A stretch of DNA of 64,000 bases from assembly GCA_010093815.1 (NCBI GenBank), contig ML996573.1. The stretch is one strand, 5' to 3'. Under the pieces are notes generated by a model. That model searched no databases, was not told where the DNA came from, and worked only from the letters and a program-made list of their open reading frames with translations. Source of the DNA: Pseudovirgaria hyperparasitica (Eukaryota). Positions 27,301 through 38,949 of this stretch are shown piece after piece. Both the position numbers and the translations under genes were made by a program. The first letter of the stretch is position 1. The number at the start of each line of letters is the position of its first letter.

Positions 27301-29474
27301 TATTTTAATTCTAAGAAGTATATTTAGGTTAAAACTAATATATTAGAATTTATAATTACTAGAATTATTAGTTAACTATATAAGGATATAAAAGATAAGG
27401 TATAATAGTATCTAGTTACCTTCTTTTTCTATAAAATAGTAGATATAGAAACGTATTATAATATATATAACTAGAAACTACTTATAATTATTAAGAGTTT
27501 TAAGTAATAGTAATATTATTTAGAAGGTTCTATATATTAGATTAAATTATTATTAGATTATATAAATCTATATTACTTTCTATTAACTAAGGTCCTTAAT
27601 TACTAATAAGTATATTAGGCTAAGTAGATATTAATATTTAATTTTAAAATCTTATATAAAGCTAGAAGAGAGAATAAAGCTAATCCTCTATTACGGCGTA
27701 AAGATTATAAGAAATTATTATAGAATAATATAGATAGTTAGTATAATTTAGACTATACTATACTATAGATACTATAAGACTAGTTATCTAATAGAATACT
27801 AGAAGCTAGAATACTTTTAGCGATTCTCCGTAGGAATTAGAGTAGATATTAAGTAATCTAAATAAATATCTAAGAAACTAAGAAAACTCTTAAAGACTTA
27901 ATTAAATCTATCTAGAATTCTAATATATTAGTAAAGAAAGTTATAAGTATAAAAGAAAGTGCTATAGATCTACTATAGTTATTAAGATAGAAATAATAAT
28001 TAGATATAATCTACTTCTAAGACTAACTCTATATACTAGAAGACGGCTTATAAATTAATATTTTAAGGAAATAGTATAATTATATATTAGTAGAATACTT
28101 TAGTATTATAAGAATAGTTAATTTAATCTAAAGAATATATAACTAGCTAGGTCTTTATAAATATATAAAGAACTATATAAAAATATATAACGTCTACTAG
28201 TATATAAAAGTATATAGATACTTACTATATAGTAAATTAAGACTATTATCTATACTAAAGAAGATATAGAAGGAATTATTAATAGATTTTATTATAGATC
28301 TACCCCTAAGTAAGTATTTTAGATATATTTATAATAGTTTACTTATAGTTCTAGATAGATTTATAAAGATATTATACTATATCTCTATAAGAAAGATAAT
28401 CTAAGTACTAGATCTTATAGATATACTACTCTATAATATAGTTTAGCTCTATAGTATACTAAATAGTATAGTTTTAGATAGAGATCTATAGATAATATCT
28501 AAATTTTAGAAGAATTTCTACTATATACTAGGAATTAAGTAGAAACTTAGTACTATATTCTATCTATAAATAGATAGATAGATAGAACGATAGAATTAGA
28601 TAGTTAAGGTATATTTATATATATATTATAACTATAAGTAGAGTAACTAGATAAGGTTAGTCTATATTATAGAATTTATATATAATAATAGCTAATATAT
28701 ATTAACCTACATAAGTCCGTTTAAAGTAAACTTTAGCTAGAACTATAATATATAGTTCTTAGAAACTTAGTTTAAAGTAGAATAACCTAATATTAAAGTA
28801 ATAGAAATTACTATAGAACTATTCTAAATATAAAGAAGTATTATAAAGTTACTATAAGATACTATAGATTATAGTAAATTATACTATAATAAGGGTAGAA
28901 AACCTATAATCTTTAATATTAGAGATAAAGTTTTACTAAATAATAAGAATATTTATAGTATTAGACTAAAGAAGAAGCTTAAGTATATAATAATAGATCT
29001 ATATAAGATTACTTATATAATTAATAACTAGACATACGAGTTAAAACTCCCTCCTATATTAAAGATATATAATATATTCTATATTATACTTCTTAAGCTA
29101 TTTTATATCTTATTATTACTAGATTATTCTAAATAGATACTATATAAAGTAGTTATATAAGAAGGTATAGATATCTATAAAGTTAAATAGATACTTAGCT
29201 AATAACGCGCTAAAGATAGTATATAGCTATATAAAATTTATTAGAAAGGATATAATTCTAATAAAGATACTTAGAAACCTATAATAAATATTAGTAAAGT
29301 AGTAATATTAGTATATAAGGAGCGATTAGTAAAGGAAGCCGTAGAATTATAGAGAATTATACTAAAGTATAGTAATTTAACGTTTTTTAGTATAGTTTAG
29401 TACTAAGAATAGCTATCTAAAAGGAAGAAGGTAAAAGAAATATAGATCTTTAAAATATTCTAAGGAATTAAGAA

Positions 29475-29552
29475 AACTTCCTTAGAAAGTTTAAACTTAG
29501 AACTCCCTTAGAAAGTTTAAACTTAGAACTCCCTTAGAAAGTTTAAACTTAG
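29475..29552 (+). repeat. 26-bp tandem repeat x3 downstream of pol in element B
   Basis: aactcccttagaaagtttaaacttag x3 (first copy has one mismatch). Confidence 0.9.
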
Positions 29553-29879
29553 AACTTTAAAATTTAACTAAAAAATAGACTTAGAAAAAATAATTTACTA
29601 AGAGAAATAGATATTAAAAATTAGTACTAATTAGTATAGATTAGTATAGATTACTAAAGAAATTAAAGAAGTTATTATTAAAGAAAGATAAAATTAAGAA
29701 AACTAGAAGAAAATATAAAGATCTATATAGATCTATATAAACCTATACTAATCTATCTAGAAGAAGTAAGATTACTTTAAAATTAAAACTAAAAACTAAA
29801 AATACTAGATAAAAGAAATATATTAGTACTAATTAGTATAGATCTAAACTAATTAAGATAGAGTAGAAGTAGAAGTACT

Positions 29880-31100
29880 AATTACTATAATAATTATATC
29901 TAATTTCTTCTACTAGTTCTTATTTAGTATAGTATAGAGCTTTATAATATAAGTCTCTAGCCTTTTATTCTAATACTATAAACCCTATATAACGCGTCTT
30001 ATAGCTATAAACTCCTCTATAGAAATCTATAAAGTAGTAGAAACTAGGGTAGAGAGAGATAGACTAGTATAGATATACTAAGAATTATATAAATTAGTAA
30101 AAAGATTTAATAATTAGTATAGAACTATATATCTTTAGTATAGAAACTTCTAGATTAGAGCTATCTTCTCTAAATTTATAGCTCTTAGATATATATAAGA
30201 AAGAAACCTTAGCCTTTTTACTAGAATCTTTTCTAGGAATTTTAATATTACTAGTATATAGAAAGAAGTCTAAAGTAGTAGAGATTTTAGTACTATTATA
30301 GAGATTAATATATATTAGTAAGAATCTATAATAATTTAAGAAAAATAATATTACCTAGTAATCGCGGTAATAATAGCTATAGTAGATTCCGCTAAATCTT
30401 TATAGATTATATTAGAATTATACTTCTAGATATACTTCTTACTATATTTATATAAATTATAGAAAGCCTTTTCTAAGGTATTATAATTAGTAGTATTATA
30501 CTTCTTATTAGTAGGGGTTACTAGAGGTCTAGTAGTAATCTATACTAATATAAGTAAATCTATATAAAGTCCTTTAAACTTATTTAAATACCTATAAATA
30601 ATAATACTTCTTAGTTATATAAGTACTATATATTATAGATTTAGTACTACTATAAGTAAGGTATAATAGAAAGTAATAACTATAATAATATATAGCTAGA
30701 TTATTAGAGTCTAATCTAGATTAGAGTAGATTAATAGCTTTTAATATATTAGTAATATATACTAGATAAGAATTATTTAAAGGCGTTTATTTCTATACTA
30801 ATTACTTCTAAGTATTAAGATTCTAAGAAACTATATTATAATTATTATTAGTTTATATAGATTTTAGTAAATTATTATTACTATTAGCTATATATACTAT
30901 AAAAATTAGTAAACTATATAAAATTATAGTAAATTATAGTAAATCTATATAAATCTATATCTATAAGAATTAGATAATATATCTAATAATCTAAAAAACT
31001 CTATAATAAGTTATAAAGTTTTTTAAGAAAAGGAATATTTCTAAGAAAAGATTTTAATATAGATAGTACCTAGACTTACCTAATTATATTACGTAATATA
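29880..31100 (-). pseudogene. Antisense multi-exon accessory gene inside Gypsy B (Cys-rich motif plus C-terminal coiled-coil-like segment)
   Basis: Three phase-preserving minus-strand introns (30540-30591, 30293-30354, 30078-30132) and another acceptor at 30897; outer boundaries approximate. Confidence 0.7.
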
Positions 31101-31320
31101 CTAGGCCTAATTAGATAATTCCACCTATATAAGAATTAAGAATAGATAAAATCTAGTTTACTAGAAAAACACTTATATAAGTCTTAGATTAGTAAGTATC
31201 TATATATATCTAAGATAAAGTATAGAGAACGACTAAGGTCTTATAAGACTTAGAATAGAAATATAGAGATAGATAATAATCTAGATTACTAAGAGTAGCT
31301 TTCTAAAGAAAGGGGATAAT

Positions 31321-31548
31321 TATTAGAACTTAGCCTTAAATATAATCTAATCTATATATATCTTAGCTAACCTAGTTAGAAGGTAGCGTAAAGGGTAGTA
31401 AATAGTTATATACTAGATAGATTAGCGTCCCTTTATATATATACTCTTAGATTTCTATTAATAGAGTTTAGTAGTAATTTATTCTATAATAGAATATACT
31501 CTATTATTCTATCTAACTATACTACTATCTAATAACTCTATTCTTATA
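31321..31548 (+). repeat. 3' LTR of element B (228 bp)
   Basis: Follows PPT, followed by TSD cttct. Confidence 0.92.
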
Positions 31549-32640
31549 CTTCTAGTCTTAGTATAATATAAATATTAATTTATAATAGTCTTTCTTAGTA
31601 ACTAGCTACTAGTAGAAGAAGCTAGCTATATTAATAATAGATATAAACTTCTTTCTAGCTATATATTAGATAATATTACCCTAAAGTAATAATAGATAGA
31701 AGTCCTTAATACTAATTTTATTTAGGTTTCTTATATCTCTAATTATCTAACTAGTATTCTTATATAATATTTAGATAAGTAACTTTACTATAGAGTATAT
31801 AATAAATATTAGAAAACTAAATAGTATTAACTATATTAGATATTCTATATACCCTTATATATAGAGCTTATTATATATCTTATTAATAATAGTCTTACTA
31901 CTTACCCCTAATAGATAGATATAGTAGCTTAGCTTTATACTAGTTATTTTCTAGTTACTTACTAGAGAAATATATATCTAGTTTTTCTCTAGAATATTTA
32001 TAAGTCTAGTATTATAAAATAAGCTAGTATAACTTTAGATAATATTATTAAACTTCTAGATAGTTACTTTATCTTTAGTATAAATTTTTATACTAAATAT
32101 ATCTATCTATTAAATCTTATTAAGCTAAGTAAGCTTTATAGATAATCCCTCTATATTATCTAAAGAAACTACTTTAGTCTAAAATATATAGAGAGTATCT
32201 ATTTTATCTATTAATATACTAAGTCTTATATTTTTATTTATATACTAATCTAAATCTATAGTTTATAATAAATATATATACTATATTTTAGTTAGTAAGA
32301 TATATATAGATACCTCTATCTTAACTAAGCCTTATACTTATATATATTAGAATAAATATATAATCTTCTATAGTAAACTTATACTAGTAATAGATTATAA
32401 TTAGAACTAGTATAAGTATTTATAGATAGAGAATAGTATACTATAAAATAGTTACTCTCTAGTATACTACTAGTTAAATAATAGTAGTAAAGGTTAGTAT
32501 AGTAATTCTACTATATATACTAATAGTTATTATATATATACTTATATAGATATCTATCTTCTAAGATACTATAATATCTATTCTAAGAAGGAGATCTCCT
32601 TATAGATAGTTAAGAATATATATCTTATATATTACTTTTA

Positions 32641-35600
32641 AAAAAAAACTTCTTATACTCTAAGGGACCAAAACTAGTTAATTTAGAGTAATATAGTAAT
32701 CTATAGATATTAATTAATAGAGTATACTAAGTATAATAACTTCTAATATATATATATATAATATATATATAATAGTACTAATATATAGAGATACTATATA
32801 TATATACTTAAAAACTCTTTAGAGTAGTAAGTATAGACTAATACTAATAAATACCAATATACTAACCTTTCTTTTTATTAGTTAAGGGTAGCCCTTAACT
32901 AATAATTATAGCGGCCTTAGATACTAATATACCCTAGCTTCCGCTAGATATATCTCTACTACTAGTATAATAGAAATAGCTATATAATAGTATATTCTAG
33001 AATAACTAAACTACTATCTAGAAAATAAAAAATAACTAAAGATATAAAATACTATAGATAACTAAGATAGAGAGAACTCCGCTAGGGGATACCCTTATAG
33101 ATAAGATTAAATACTAGATAGTATATATAGAAAGAGAGGTTAAGAAGAGAGAGACTACCCTTCTTAATATCTTCTAGAGCCTAGTCTAGAATATTTAAGA
33201 ACTTACTATAGAAGTAAAGTAGATACTAGAGTTAAACCTAGAGTCTAGACTAGACTAGATTAAGACTAGTCTATTAAAGATCTAGATAGATCTTATCTAG
33301 GAAAAATACTCTAGTATATAGATATAGATTACTATACTAATAGATAGTATAACTAGAATAGCTTAAATACTAAGAATATCTAAGAGAGAAGTATATAATA
33401 TATAAGTTACTATCTAGAAGAAGAAAGTACTTATATAATAATAATAATAATAATATTATATAACTAGGTAGAGTAGTACTCTATGCCTAGGCCTATGCCT
33501 CCTCTAGTCTAAGCTACTATATAAGAAGAAACCTAAGAGGGAAAAACTTCCTTATGTCTATAACTACATCTCGTTAAACCTCTGTTTCGTCTTAAGTATA
33601 TAGCTATAGGGTACACCTATTAGCCTATAGCCTATATTACCGTTATTTTACCCTTAGGTAGCACGTGTAGATACGGAGGTTATTAGTTAAGGGGTTCTTC
33701 CGGCATATACCGGGTTTCCTCTAATATATACCGGGTTTCTTCCGGTATATATTTCCGGGTCTACTAGAATTAGAGGAGTAGTAGGTATATAATTATCTAC
33801 CGGGCGACGTCCTTAGGGTACTTATTAAGCTATCGTACGATATCGGAGGTTCTTATCGTATAGATAAGCTTCTACCTTTACGTGTAAAGATCGGGGCATA
33901 TTACGAGATAGTAGCGTATTATATCTCTCCGGCCGTACGCCTTATACCATAGAGATATATTAGGGACGCCTCTCTTATAGAGGTAGTATAGAAGTTCTAT
34001 AGCGCCCGTTTAGGCTTAGAGGAGTATAGATGCCTAGGCCTTTATAAGCCCTTTATATATCCATTTACTTAGCTCCTTCTATGGTCCTTAGATCTACTCT
34101 AGATACCTATTCTACTAGGAGGCCTACTAGGCCCGGAGTGTCTCTTTCTACTTATCTTAGATCCATAACCGTATACTTCGTCCAAGCTCTCGAAGGCTCT
34201 ATTAGTCTAGAAGGGTATCTAGGTTATTCTTAATCTCTTATACTACTTAGTTTAAGTCTATTTCTATCGGGTACTTATACCGTAGTCGAGTCCGGCCTAT
34301 ATATAAGAGTACTTAATAGTATACGCTAACTCACGCGCGTAGCGCGGCGAAGGTATATTCTACATTTTCTATACGTTCCTATGCTTATTATTTAGTAAAG
34401 TATACCACCCTCTATATCTAGTAGAAGTTCTATATACTTATTATATTTATCTCGCGTCGTAGTAGCGCTATAGTAGTAGCTTTATATACACTAGAGATAA
34501 GACGGAGTATGCGGTTTTATATGGATTCGAGCTTCGTTTGCCTAGCCTATGTAAGGGCCGTATACTAGTACTCGTGTCCGTATATAAAGACTAGTCGTAC
34601 TATAGAGCCTCTAGTTCGAAGTCGGATGACTCCTATAGGTTTAACGTGCCCTATACTATTAGACCCTACTCCTGTTTTCGCCTTATCTTATCCCCTTTAG
34701 GCTTATACCTCTAGCTCTACTAGAAGAGGGGTATAACGCCTTATCTAGCTAGGAAACTACGAGGTTTACTCCTTAAACTTATATTACTAGCGTACGTACC
34801 TAGCGACACGTTCTATCTCTTTATAAATCGATACACGCATCCGTTCTCTCGGGCTATATAGTAGTCTCCCTAGCTAGGACGTAATCCCGCCTACTTCTAG
34901 ATATACTAAAGGTTAGAGCCTATTAAAGGGGTAAGGTCCTTAGAGCTAGTAGTTACTACTATATACCACGCCCCACCTTTAAGTATAGCTACTATCTAGT
35001 TTCGTGTTACCTATAAGGATCTCTCTATAATAGACCGACCGTGTCTTATAGGCGAGTATCCTTTGAATTCTATACGTGTATACTCGCGTGACGCGCCTAG
35101 GTAACTTAAGTATTCTCTACCTACTAACCCGACTTATTTCTACTACTTTTTAATGGGTCCCTATAGCCGTCTCTTATCTATATCCGTATACTATTATCTA
35201 TATATACTAGCGCTCTACCTCCTATAGTAGACTATAACATCTCTCGTACGCGGGAGCTACTCTATCTATTCTAGACCTAAGCGGTATCCTATATTAAGCG
35301 AAAGGTCTTAATAGAGTCGCGCTACTAGTGGTCGCGCTAGGCGTCTTAATAAACGTAGTTTAATACTATAGAAGAGTTAGCCTTAATAAGTTCATCCGTA
35401 GTAGTTTATAGTTACCCTTAACGTGATTTCTCGCTAATCCTTATATATCTAGAGCCATTTAAGCCTCGAGGTGTTCTATTACGCTACTAGGACTTCCGCT
35501 TTCTCTACCTATATGGTAAGGTAGATTCAGGCCTGCTTTTAATATAGTAGTAGCGCGTTAGATGGTTTTCTTATCCCGGTATTCTCGTGGACTCCTCTTA

Positions 35601-38450
35601 ACGCGTTAATTAAGAATAGGATAGAAGTATATACTATTCTAGCTGGTTTATTACGGTGTGGTCCCTATAGAGTGATACGTCGCGAAAACTCTATAACTAC
35701 CTACCTAGCGACGACGAGGTTACCATTAACGCCGCTCTAAACCTCTTACTACCTCCGAAGAGGCATTGCCTAGCTATAATAACGTGGACGCGGTTCGTAA
35801 GACTTCGTAGCCGAAAGTACTTATATAAGTCTAGTAGATATCTCTAAAGAATATTATTAATAAAATTAATAAATAGAAAGAAATATAGTTAAATATAGTT
35901 ATAGCTAAACTTACCCTAGAAGGTATAGTACTAATAACTATTACTAATATAGTCTAGTAGACTATCTTCTATAATCTAAATATAATAAATAATATCTTCT
36001 CTAGTATATCTATCTATATAAATATATATCTAATATAGATATATACTATCTCTATCTAGAGCTATATTATTAGAAATAATAATATTAAGTAAATAGAGAG
36101 ATCTAATAATTAGAAATACCCTAGAATTAAGATTATAAAGATATAATAGAAAAATATATAGAGAATTAAAGTAAAATTAAAAAAGTACTCTACTATAATA
36201 GTAGAGCTTAGAAACTCTACTCTTATCTATAGAATTATATAAGAAGACTTTATAGCTAAAGAAGAACTACTTATAATAGAACTATAGAACTAGATATAGA
36301 TAATAATCTAATACTTTAACTATTAGAGATATAGATATACTAGATAGAAGTACTCTTAAAAGACTATATATAGCTAGTATTATTAGAGCTATAGTACCTA
36401 GAAATACTCTTATAGAATCTAGAGTAATAGTATATATAATAGAGATACTACTAAGTACTCTAACTATAATAGGAAATACCTATTCTAGTTAGTAATATAT
36501 ATAAAATATAAATAAGTTACTAAGTATATTAACGCTATAAAGGTAAGAGGAGTAAGATAGATATACTAGACTATAAGGCCTCTACTATCTACTCTAACTC
36601 TATCTATAACTATACTAACTAATCTATAAGGGAGTAAGAATAATATATAATAGTATACTATATAGAGAAAGATAGATTAACTCTAGGGTATCCTTAAGAT
36701 AGCTATAGTATAGAGATAGTTACGCCTTAACGCTACTAGTATATAGACTTAAGTATTTCTTAGTATCTAATAAAGAGCTAAGATATACTTATTATTATAT
36801 AGATAAATATATAATATAAATAAGAAAACTAGGCTACGCTTCTTAAGAAGATAGATACTATAATAATAGCTATCTAGAAGCTATATAAATACTACTAAAC
36901 TAATAAATAAATAATATACCTAGGGTACTATACTATCTACTCTCTAAGCCTAGATAGAAGAGTTCTATTCTATATATATAAATTAATCCCACTCTCTAAG
37001 TAGTTCTATATAGAATAAGATAACCTCTAAATAGTACTATATCTCTAGATAAATATAGAATCTCTTTATATCTATAATATCTATAACTAGAGAGAATTAC
37101 TTATACTAGATACTATACTAGAGAGTATTATAGTACTAGAATAATATATTCTTTTAGACGACTTTAACCTCTACTATAGATAGTAGAAAGACCTAATAGT
37201 TATTAGAGAAGAGCTTAGAGTAAGAGAACTATATATAAGATACTATAACCTTCTATACCTCCTTATACTAGTTAGATAAATTATATAAAGAAAATATAAA
37301 TAGAATAAGAAGAGATCTATACTTAACCTTACCCTCGCTATAGAATATATAAGCTATAGAGTATAATACTACTATCTAAGTAAGATATAGATAGACTCTA
37401 ACTATAAGTATATAGAGACTATAATAGATATATCTATATCTAATAAATAATAGAGGAGATAGCTCTAGAAAGATACTAACTAGAAGAAATATAGAGAGAA
37501 TCTAGAATTAATAATTCTAGATCTCTCTATAGTTAATATATCTAATAGTCTAGCTATAGATAGAGCTATATAAGTTCTTCTTTAAGCCTTCTAAGACTTA
37601 AGAGATAAATATTTACTATACTAAATATATAAGTCTCTAGATATAAGGAGTATATCTTAAATATATAAAAGTAGATAGAAAGTTTAGAGACTATATATAT
37701 ATATATATACTATATCTAGATAACTAAGGTATAGAAGAAATAGAAAGAGATAATCTAATCTTATAATAGAACTCTCTATAATAAATAATATAAATACTAG
37801 TATAAGATTACTAATAAATGTATATAATAGACTATAGAGCTATAGTATATAGTAAAGTAGACTAAGAGCGTAGATATACTAACGCTACTACTACTAATAC
37901 CTCCTCTAATATACTAGAAAAGAATATATACTATAAATCTAGAAAAGGTAGAGATTCTCTATAAAGTTATATTTCTCTCTCTAGAGCTAGTAGATCTATC
38001 TAATATTAATAATACTATATATCTAGACGCGGTTAATATCTCTATAGAGATTATAGAAGAGGATATACTTAGAGTTATTAAAATACTCCCGAATAATAAA
38101 GCGTCTAGACTAGATAGAATACTAAATAGATACCTTAAATATACTATATAGATAACTCTACTACTTATTAGTCTTATCTTCTAGATATATACTAAGAATA
38201 GATACTATCTCTAAAGTTTCTAGACTATCTATACTATTATACTTCTAAAGCTAGAGAAGAATTCTAACTCTCTAAAAGGATAGAGACTAATTACTCTTCT
38301 CTTCTATCTAGATAAGATACTTAAGACTATAATCGCGAAGAAGATAAGTATTATAGTATAGAAATATAATCTTCTTCTAGTAAACTAGAAGGTAAAGACT
38401 AGAAGCTCTCTAATTACTACTATTTAATATATTCTTAAAGTTATCTATAT
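32641..38450 (+). mobile_element. Older, heavily RIPed Tad-like LINE 'C', split by an insertion (33438-35812) and cut off at ~38450 within RT
   Basis: Colinear with LINE 43311-48600: 5' aaaacttctta, palindrome 32875-32905, ORF1, endonuclease (LLDDFNL ~37150), RT N-terminal part. Confidence 0.85.
33438..35812 (-). mobile_element. Chimeric non-autonomous retroposon copy 1: 1207-bp module (34606-35812) + ~1.17-kb LINE 3' end with (TAT)n tail
   Basis: 15-bp TSD gaaagtacttatata (33423-33437, 35813-35827); module near-identical to 60954-62160. Confidence 0.88.
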
Positions 38451-38464
38451 TAGGAAAGATACGG

Positions 38465-38880
38465 CGCTTCTAGTACTTCTAGGTCTTCCGGTACTTCTAA
38501 AGTTATCCTAAATGGGTCCCGGTACTTCTAGAGTTATTCTATTCCTTCCGGAGTTGTCCCGGTACTTCTTAAGTTATTCTAGTCCTTCTAGAGTTATTCT
38601 AGTTCTCCTAGAGCTATTCTAGTTCTTCTAGAATTATTCTATTAAATATTAAGAAAATGTTTAATTCTATTATATACTAGTGCATATCGGAATATCCTAT
38701 TATATACCGGTATATATAGTAACGTTCTACTATATACCGGTATATAATAGCGATACTACTTTATATTATAACTATATTTTAAGTATCTAGGAATATCCTA
38801 TAATATACCGGCGTATATTAGAATATCCTATTATATACTAGTATATATAGTAATATTCTACTATATACCGGCATAGAATA
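38465..38880. repeat. Two degenerate tandem arrays at the left edge of unit D
   Basis: ccggtacttc..gagttattct-type units 38465-38640; ctattatataccggtatata..-type ~30-bp units 38665-38880. Confidence 0.75.
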
Positions 38881-38949
38881 AATATCTTATTTCTCTTTAT
38901 ATATAGATATATATAGATATATAATTACGAGTAAATAGCGGTTTATATT

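Larger units (their letters stand above)
24109..31548 (+). mobile_element. Complete RIP-mutated chromodomain Ty3/Gypsy LTR retrotransposon 'B'
   Basis: LTRs 24109-24336 and 31321-31548; TSD CTTCT (24104-24108, 31549-31553); polypurine tract aaagaaagggga before 3' LTR; de-RIP CCHC knuckle ~25620, ALVDTG protease ~25820, VYLDD ~26842, VETDAS RNase H ~27330, integrase ~28070-28750, chromodomain (YEVEQIL..WKGY..DTWEP) ~29175-29285. Confidence 0.93.
23050..32640 (-). mobile_element. RIP-degraded Ty3/Gypsy relic 'A' (RT-RNase H), present as 23050-24108 and 31554-32640
   Basis: De-RIP minus frame gives ..DAASFFYQW..ISHRG|QEQLNVVPMGFCNSP..YIDD (~23990)..LGLTGW and RNase H YIDIDAS (~23500); the RT frame is continuous once 24109-31553 is removed. 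Confidence 0.85.

Noticed and set aside
29475..29552. Short direct repeats (also 22226, 50616, 59995) as a CRISPR array
   Set aside because: Head-to-tail units without spacers in a fungal genome
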